Of a stretch of 64,000 nucleotides of DNA, positions 57,752-64,000 are shown piece by piece (within the stretch, counting starts at the first letter, position 1; every line of letters begins with the position of its first letter). A program made the translations under genes and the position numbers. This DNA comes from Candidatus Obscuribacterales bacterium (lineage in GTDB: Bacteria; Cyanobacteriota; Vampirovibrionia; Obscuribacterales; Obscuribacteraceae), in the NCBI GenBank assembly GCA_965228855.1, contig CBDDIJ010000003.1, positions 960,001-1,024,000 of the forward strand, read 5' to 3'. Below the pieces are notes generated by a model, which saw only the letters and a list, made by a program, of their open reading frames with translations, ran no database searches and was not told where the DNA came from.

Positions 57752-59348
57752 GACCTTCATCTTACTTTGCTGTATTACCGCTATCGGCGCAATACTGCGC
57801 TCACCGTTAATAAACGCTGGCGTCGATATTGACGATGTTTCAAGCATTTATATAGCAGAGTCGTCCGGTCTCGACCAACTGATCGAGCGATTGCGGAATT
57901 TTGAATTCTCACCGCCTCTCTACTTCCTCCTCCTGAGCGCCTGGATTCGAGTGTTCGGCGATTCGGCTGTCAGCGTCGTGATACCATCTGTGGTGTTCGG
58001 CGTGAGCCTGATTCCGTGCGTTTTCATTCTCGCTAAAGAGCTCTTCGAACGCGAAGACATCGCCATGACCAGCGCCTTCTTCGTCGCTGTCAGCCCGCTT
58101 GCCGCGCTTTTCTCCCGCGAAGTAAGAAGCTCGTCTCTCATCGCTCTTGTCACGACAATCGCATTCTTCTTCTTTGTAAAATGTCTAAAGGCGACGAGAA
58201 AACAACGCCTGCTGGGACTCGGCGTTTCTGTGCTGACCATGCTTTACACAAGCTATCTCGGTTTGCTGCTGGTTGGACTCATGGTGTTAAATACGGTGGC
58301 GTACACGCGATTCCCATTCAAATCAGTTGTGTTTAAACCACTTTCGATTCTAGGCGCTATCGGCTGCGCAGTGCTCGGTTTCTCTCCATGTCTGCTTTTG
58401 TTTATGGAGCAGCAGAAGTTCTCATCCTTCTGGATGAACCAGGAATCGTCCAATCCTTTGTTTCTGTTTTCCAGTAACCTGGCTGCCACCGTGCCTATTC
58501 CGTGGAATGCTTCTTTTATCCTGTTGTCCTTCCTTCTTCCGATTGCGGCGATACTGATAAGCTGGAAGACGTTACGTCTGGTTTATCGCCGTGATTTGAT
58601 TAACTATGTTGATCACCATAAGGCGCACGCGTTCCTCCTATGCAACCTGCTCGTGCCTATCTTGGGATACTCTCAAATCACGCCGCTGCTGGGAAGCCAG
58701 CGCTATGTCATGTCGTTCTTAGTGTTCGGTTTGATATTTTGGGCATCTCTTTTTGTTGCTGCGGAGGACAACGTCGCAATCAGACTTGCCGGTCGCTCGT
58801 CCATGAAGCGAACCCTCGGAGTTACCATTCTGGCGATTGTGCTTATCGCGATTACGTTTATTGAAATACGAAGTTTGAGCTCCGGAGACAGAAGCGGTCT
58901 TAGACAGTTCGCGCTCGATTTGAAATCCAAGAAGTTCAAACATTATGCGCTTTTGCTCACTCCCGATTTCAATTCGTACAATCTGATTTACTATTTGACC
59001 AGAGAGCAAAGGACCGCAATTCCCCAGTTCTACAACACCTTTCCTGTTTCAGACCAACTGACCCCCGCAAATCCAAGGGGTTATGTCGAGGCATTGAACG
59101 ATGAAGATTCCATCTCAAGGGTAATTCAATGGATCGAACAACTCGATGTTTCTGAAGTTCAGAATCTTGTTGTAATATGCGATCAGACTGAACCATTTGC
59201 AAAACTTTCATTAGCGAAAATGCGTTCAGGAGCCCTTGTCGAGCGAATTAGAAGTCGCTATGCGGAAGTCGGCGAGCCGTTAATTTACGACTCGAAAGGT
59301 AGATCATTCACCGCGTTTATATTCAAGCTAGCAGAACCGCCGGACTGA
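57741..59348 (+). CDS. GT-C fold membrane glycosyltransferase (PMT_2/ArnT-like)
   Basis: First-loop acidic DIDD, SPPLYFLLL, PSVVFG, AVSP...SREVR; about 11 TM helices. Confidence 0.8.
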   Translation: MKRKTFILLCCITAIGAILRSPLINAGVDIDDVSSIYIAESSGLDQLIERLRNFEFSPPLYFLLLSAWIRVFGDSAVSVVIPSVVFGVSLIPCVFILAKELFEREDIAMTSAFFVAVSPLAALFSREVRSSSLIALVTTIAFFFFVKCLKATRKQRLLGLGVSVLTMLYTSYLGLLLVGLMVLNTVAYTRFPFKSVVFKPLSILGAIGCAVLGFSPCLLLFMEQQKFSSFWMNQESSNPLFLFSSNLAATVPIPWNASFILLSFLLPIAAILISWKTLRLVYRRDLINYVDHHKAHAFLLCNLLVPILGYSQITPLLGSQRYVMSFLVFGLIFWASLFVAAEDNVAIRLAGRSSMKRTLGVTILAIVLIAITFIEIRSLSSGDRSGLRQFALDLKSKKFKHYALLLTPDFNSYNLIYYLTREQRTAIPQFYNTFPVSDQLTPANPRGYVEALNDEDSISRVIQWIEQLDVSEVQNLVVICDQTEPFAKLSLAKMRSGALVERIRSRYAEVGEPLIYDSKGRSFTAFIFKLAEPPD

Positions 59349-59353
59349 CAGGT

Positions 59354-60295
59354 ATGTGTGCAACACCCAATTCGTCACAACTGAAACTGACAGTGATCTG
59401 CCCTGTGTTTAATGAGGCGGACAGTCTGCCTCTGTTTCTTGAGCGATTCGATGCTGTGCGAGATGCCCTCTCAGATAGATATAGCGTTGATTTATTGTTC
59501 ACTAACAACGCTTCGACAGACAACTCCCTGGAGCTGATCAAAAATCGGCGCAAAGAGAAAACTTACATCTACTTTGTGACATTGAGCAAGAATGCAGGGT
59601 ACCAGATCTCGATGGAGTGCGGCTTGCGAAGCGCCACAGGCGATTTGTTCGCGTTCATAGACGTGGACTGCGAAGACCCCCCCGAAATGCTAATCGACTT
59701 CATAAGAGTATTCGAGTCCGAGCGTTGCGATATCGTATATGGTGAACGCGTCGATCGGCAAGAGAATTTTCTTTTGAAGTCTGGCCGAAAGTTCTTTTAT
59801 CGTGTGTTAAAACGAATTGCAGACGATGAAGTGGTGCTCGACATGGCTGAATTCTCACTCTTCACTCGCGAGGTGCGTGATGCGATCGTGCAGGAAACAA
59901 CTGCCTACCCTTTCATCCGCGCCTCTCTGGGGCGAGTCGGGTTCAAACGAAAAGGTATTGCATACAAGCGTGGTAAACGCGTCGCCGGTAAGTCTAATTT
60001 CAACTCGCAAAGATTGGCTGGGTTCGCCCTTGCCGCCATGTTCGCCTCATCTTCACTCCCATTGATTTTACCAATCAAACTTCTTCCAATCGCATTGATA
60101 ATTGTTGGAACGCTCGCCGCCTGGCGTATCGTAGAGCCCTCGTCGAGATGGATCGACGCTGCCATCATATTCTTGGTTGCGGCATTCCTCATGTCCTCCG
60201 TTGCGTTCATCTCGATCTATGCGCGCCGCTCGTACAAAAATTCTATGGGACGCCCCAACTATTTTATTTGTGAAGCAGAAAGTTGCCTTCAGTGA
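59354..60295 (+). CDS. GT2 polyprenol-phosphate glycosyltransferase (GtrB/ArnC-like)
   Basis: VICPVFNE, NNASTDNS, LSKNAGYQ, IDVDCEDPPE; two C-terminal TM helices; RPNYFI. Confidence 0.88.
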   Translation: MCATPNSSQLKLTVICPVFNEADSLPLFLERFDAVRDALSDRYSVDLLFTNNASTDNSLELIKNRRKEKTYIYFVTLSKNAGYQISMECGLRSATGDLFAFIDVDCEDPPEMLIDFIRVFESERCDIVYGERVDRQENFLLKSGRKFFYRVLKRIADDEVVLDMAEFSLFTREVRDAIVQETTAYPFIRASLGRVGFKRKGIAYKRGKRVAGKSNFNSQRLAGFALAAMFASSSLPLILPIKLLPIALIIVGTLAAWRIVEPSSRWIDAAIIFLVAAFLMSSVAFISIYARRSYKNSMGRPNYFICEAESCLQ

Positions 60296-60314
60296 GAGCG
60301 GATGGAGAGAGCGA

Positions 60315-61694
60315 ATGAAGAGAGCCGGACAGCACGTCTTTCATAGCTTCGACGGCGGTTTAATTTGTTCCGGCCAATTGCTCCAGGTCGATAACAGCTC
60401 GGAGTTGGAGTTAGAGATCGAAGGAAAACGGATCGCGCGCGGAGCCGGCATGTCTTTCTCCGCTGCCAGCTTCGATAACGGAACTACCTCACTGGATGTT
60501 AGCGGTTTAAATAGGATTGTATTTTTGGACACAAGTTCAAGAACCGTCAAGGTGGAAGCCGGTGTGACCATAGGACGGCTTCTCGACTTTCTTCTGGCAA
60601 ACGGATTCTACCTTCCGGTTTTGCCCGGCTATCCGACTATCACCATCGGTGGTTGCATCGCCGCGAATGTTCATGGCAAGAATCCTCTTAAAGACAGCAC
60701 GATTTTGGATCGGATTGAATCATTCATGTTGCACCACGTCGACATCGGCGAAATCGAAGTGTCGAAATCATCCAATTCCGAACTCTTCGATTTGACGATC
60801 GGTGGCTGCGGCCTTACCGGCACCATATTAAGTGTCACTTTAGGCGTCAGCCCAGTGAGCAATCCACGGGTACACGTTTCCGTCGAGCCGATTTCCGATT
60901 TGTATGAACTGCCAGACGTTCTAACTAACTCGGAGGGAAATGATTTTGTCGTGTCCTGGCATGATTTCAACCAGACTGGTGGACGCTTCGGAAGTGGTTT
61001 TATAGAACGGGGAAAGATAATTCCTAAAAGTTTCGATTCAACTTTATCCTCCAGCCCAAAATTGATTCTTCCTGTAAAAGAAGAGCACCGGCACGATTCG
61101 ATTATGACGCTGAGAGCCGAGTCGCGCGGTCAAAATTTCCCAGCTCTCTGGAGTCACTTGTCTCTAGTGGGAGCAATGAACTCGGTTTATACATCCATTC
61201 AATCCTGGCGCTGCGGTTCTCCCCGATTGATGCGCATTGAAGACTGCATCTTTCCGAATAAAAACTTGCGCGATCTGTACTTTCACGGCTTCGGGAAGAG
61301 AGGTTTGTTCGAGCATCAGATAATTTTAGGGCGAGACGCCTTTCCTGAGTATGTTGAAAGGGTGCGCTGGTGGCTTTGTCGCAACGAACTGCCCATAACA
61401 ATGGCGTCCGGGAAAGGTTTCTCAGGCGAGACGAGATATCTACGCTTCTCAAAAGACGGAATCTGCTTCGCTCTCGACTTCCCTCGAAGCGCCGAAGGTA
61501 AACGTTTTCTCTCTTACCTCGATGCGATTGTGATGAAACTTGGCGCCATTCCAAACATTTTCAAGGACTCTCGCCTGCCACCGGAAGTGGTTGCTGAGAC
61601 TTACCCTGACTATGAGCTCTTTCGAAAGCGGCTAAAGGAATTTGATCCGAAAGGGCGTTACGGTTCGGAACTCTCAGCGAGATTAGAGCTCTAG
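60315..61694 (+). CDS. FAD-binding oxidoreductase, DprE1 (decaprenylphosphoryl-ribose 2'-oxidase)-like
   Basis: IARGAGMSF, VEAGVTI, PVLPGYPTITIGGCIAANVHGKNP, TIGGCGLTG, ALDFP, KDSRL, DPKGRYGSELSARL. Confidence 0.82.
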   Translation: MKRAGQHVFHSFDGGLICSGQLLQVDNSSELELEIEGKRIARGAGMSFSAASFDNGTTSLDVSGLNRIVFLDTSSRTVKVEAGVTIGRLLDFLLANGFYLPVLPGYPTITIGGCIAANVHGKNPLKDSTILDRIESFMLHHVDIGEIEVSKSSNSELFDLTIGGCGLTGTILSVTLGVSPVSNPRVHVSVEPISDLYELPDVLTNSEGNDFVVSWHDFNQTGGRFGSGFIERGKIIPKSFDSTLSSSPKLILPVKEEHRHDSIMTLRAESRGQNFPALWSHLSLVGAMNSVYTSIQSWRCGSPRLMRIEDCIFPNKNLRDLYFHGFGKRGLFEHQIILGRDAFPEYVERVRWWLCRNELPITMASGKGFSGETRYLRFSKDGICFALDFPRSAEGKRFLSYLDAIVMKLGAIPNIFKDSRLPPEVVAETYPDYELFRKRLKEFDPKGRYGSELSARLEL

Positions 61695-61762
61695 TTCTGG
61701 GCAGAAGATAAAGTGATGCCGGTGGAAATCGGCGATTTCCACCTCTGAAATGATAAGACGTT

Positions 61763-62260
61763 ATGTGGCAAACTCAGCAGGAAACCTCTTCGCTAGATGA
61801 CGATGCGATTGGCATTCCGATTCTGCTTTTCAGAATTGGTACTCTGCGCAGTGCTCTGTTTCTTGACTGTGTGGTTCAAGTCTTCGACGCAGTGGAAGTA
61901 GGTGACTTCCCCGACTCGCTGCCCAAAGACGTTCTGGGTTTGATAAATATTCGTGGAATGAAAATTCCTCTTGTAGACATTCGCAGGCGCTGGGGACTGC
62001 CAGGAGGAAAAGTTCAGCTGTCCAATCAGCTGATAGTGATCGAGTCGGAGGGGATTAATCTCAGCATCATCGTTGATGAAGTGATTGGAACGAGGAACAT
62101 ACCGCTGCGAAAGATCATTCATCTGCGTGACCTGTTGCCTGAATTCAGCCCCCATATGGCAATCTCGGACCTCGAAGGAATTTTGATGTTACTGGATTCG
62201 GAGCATCTGTTTTCGTCAAATGAGTTCGACGAATTGAAGAGTTGGTTGGAGGAGCAATAG
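61763..62260 (+). CDS. cheW: CheW-like adaptor
   Basis: VLGLINIRGMKIPLVDIRRR and IIVDEV motifs. Confidence 0.88.
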   Translation: MWQTQQETSSLDDDAIGIPILLFRIGTLRSALFLDCVVQVFDAVEVGDFPDSLPKDVLGLINIRGMKIPLVDIRRRWGLPGGKVQLSNQLIVIESEGINLSIIVDEVIGTRNIPLRKIIHLRDLLPEFSPHMAISDLEGILMLLDSEHLFSSNEFDELKSWLEEQ

Positions 62261-62263
62261 CTG

Positions 62264-62671
62264 GTGTCTGGTGACGTTGAACTGTTGGTCATGCAAGTGG
62301 ATGGAAAACAATTTGCCATTCAGGTTGATTCAATTGCCGAGGTAATCGATGCGGTAGAGGCAATCGCATTTATCGACAAGCCCCCCGGCATTCATGGATT
62401 GATTAATCTGCGTGGTGAAATCGTACCCGTCCACGATTTACGTCATTACATGGGCGCTGCCACAAGGGAACTGATCGCTACCGATGAAATCGTTATCGTG
62501 AACGATGGCGCCATTAAGATCGGGATCGCAGTCGATGGAATAGATACCGTGAAAACATATCTCGAGGATCAGCTGTTTGCACAGTCGTTGTCTCCCAACG
62601 CCTTCAAAGTTCTCAGGATTGCCGACCGTAAGCTTTTCATTGACGATATCCGGACATTAATCGAACTCTAA
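62264..62671 (+). CDS. cheW: CheW-like adaptor (second copy)
   Basis: FAIQVDSIAEVI, GLINLRGEIVPVHDLR, IGIAVDGI. Confidence 0.88.
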   Translation: MSGDVELLVMQVDGKQFAIQVDSIAEVIDAVEAIAFIDKPPGIHGLINLRGEIVPVHDLRHYMGAATRELIATDEIVIVNDGAIKIGIAVDGIDTVKTYLEDQLFAQSLSPNAFKVLRIADRKLFIDDIRTLIEL

Positions 62672-62745
62672 GTGAACTTCATTTTTTGATATCTGGTGTT
62701 TCAAGAGAAAGTATCTTCGAACATTGGGTATCTAATTCATAGCCG

Positions 62746-63759
62746 GTGAAAAACGCGCAGTTGTCAGAATCTTTGGCTGGTGATTTGTGCGAAGTAGGAG
62801 CCTGTGTGCTCAGGGAGGATGTTGTGGCTGCCAAATCCAACGGAAGACCGCGCGGTGCGGTAACGAAGAGTGCGTCTCGTTCGGACGCCGAGTTGTCCGA
62901 AGAGTATCAGCGAATTGAAAACGTTGTGGTTGAATTATCGGAACTCGCCCAGGTGATTTTGAAGGCGGCGACGAATCTTTCAATAAATTCGACGCAGACT
63001 GCTGCCGCCGTGACGGAGACCACTACGATTGTCGAAGAGGTACGCCAGACGGTCGAAGTTTCCAGCAAGAAAGCTCAGAATGTCTCAAGCGACGCGAAAA
63101 CAGTATTGCGCACCAGCGAGTTGGGTCAGAAAGCGGCAAGCGATGTCGTGACAGGAATGCAGGCTATCAAAGAACACATGGACTCTTTGACTCGTACAAT
63201 CCTCACGCTGAGAAACCAGACCAAGCAGGTCGGTGAAATCATTGCCACCGTAGATGATATCGCTCAGCAATCGAACTTGCTTGCGGTAAACGCAGCAATC
63301 GAAGCAGCTAGAGCCGGAGAACAGGGAAAAGGTTTTGCAGTAGTCGCACAAGCAATCAAGTCACTTGCCGAGCAATCGAAAAAAGCGACCAGCAACGTGC
63401 GCAGTATTTTGAATGAGATCGTTGAGGCTACGGCGTCGGCTACGATGAAGACCGAGCACGGCAGCAAGGTGGTAGCGGACGGCGAAGGATTTGCCAAGCA
63501 AGCCGGCAACTCGATGGTCACACTGGCGGATAGTATTGCGCGTTCCGCTCAAGCGGCTATTCAAATCGATGCTTCCAGCCAGCAGCAACTGCAGGGAGTT
63601 CAACAGGTCCTTGAGGCAATGAAGAGCGTAGAAGAAGCATCCAACGACAACCAGCGTGGCGCGAAAGAACTCGAACAAGCAGTTGTTCGTTTAAGCGAAC
63701 TAGGCGGTGAACTGAAAGGTCTTACCGAAGGCGTCCAGAAGCGGGTTTTCGGGTCGTAA
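62746..63759 (+). CDS. Methyl-accepting chemotaxis protein (signalling domain, no TM helix)
   Basis: [30 protein letters not shown] hairpin tip; no hydrophobic segment. Confidence 0.9.
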   Translation: MKNAQLSESLAGDLCEVGACVLREDVVAAKSNGRPRGAVTKSASRSDAELSEEYQRIENVVVELSELAQVILKAATNLSINSTQTAAAVTETTTIVEEVRQTVEVSSKKAQNVSSDAKTVLRTSELGQKAASDVVTGMQAIKEHMDSLTRTILTLRNQTKQVGEIIATVDDIAQQSNLLAVNAAIEAARAGEQGKGFAVVAQAIKSLAEQSKKATSNVRSILNEIVEATASATMKTEHGSKVVADGEGFAKQAGNSMVTLADSIARSAQAAIQIDASSQQQLQGVQQVLEAMKSVEEASNDNQRGAKELEQAVVRLSELGGELKGLTEGVQKRVFGS

Positions 63760-63786
63760 GCAACTTAGAGAATCGGGACGTTCTTA

Positions 63787-64000
63787 ATGACTGTGAGTCT
63801 ATCGCAGAACATGCTCAAGACGATGGTCGACTGGGTCGACCTGCATATTGGCTTGAAGGTGTCTGACGTCAGGCTCTCCGATTTTGCAAAGGGAATTTGT
63901 CTGGCTGCTGCCGATAGCGGATTTGACGACCCTCAGCAGTATATCTCGGAATTGATTCGCAGTGCTCCGCGAGAACACGAACTTGGTTTTCTTGCCAGCT
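63787..64000 (+). CDS. Probable CheR-type methyltransferase, N-terminal part (truncated by the window end)
   Basis: Manual translation MTVSLSQNMLKTMVDWVDLHIGLKVSDVRLSDFAKGI...YISEL...ELGFLAS fits the CheR N-terminal helical domain; follows cheW-cheW-mcp. Confidence 0.55.
   Translation, partial: MTVSLSQNMLKTMVDWVDLHIGLKVSDVRLSDFAKGICLAAADSGFDDPQQYISELIRSAPREHELGFLAS

Noticed and set aside
1..64000. Cyanobacterial HIP1 (GCGATCGC) hyper-abundance
   Set aside because: Only a handful of copies noticed by eye; not counted rigorously and not strikingly dense.

Overview
Gene-dense 64-kb chromosomal segment of a diderm bacterium. I infer a non-photosynthetic Cyanobacteriota relative (Vampirovibrionia/Melainabacteria, Obscuribacterales-like) from the cyanobacterial-type 6S RNA, zwf-opcA with the cyanobacterial CCE motif, a 3-POTRA Omp85, many Ser/Thr kinases and the absence of photosynthesis genes. 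Housekeeping blocks: partial tmk; bamA-skp-lpxD-lpxC; lptD-like plus a ROK kinase; selD-yedF; zwf-opcA-pgl-gnd; recO; glyA; a WecA/GT-C/GT2/DprE1-like glycosylation cluster; and the start of a cheW-cheW-mcp-cheR operon. The most unusual content is: (1) four paralogous kinase-TM-LRR receptor-like Ser/Thr kinases, two carrying a duplicated Cys-rich CxxC...GSxTQW...CxC module, flanking a 2408-aa beta-helical exoprotein; (2) a dispersed palindrome family with core AAACCGATATCGGTTT (8 clear and 2 degenerate copies, mostly just 3' of stop codons); (3) an IS1595-transposase-derived gene whose DDE core seems replaced by a winged helix; (4) a 50-aa membrane protein with its own promoter and terminator, absent from the ORF track; (5) a 6S RNA; (6) a 1528-aa kinase with a long acidic repeat-bearing N-terminus. 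All calls come from reading motifs by eye; no database searches were run.
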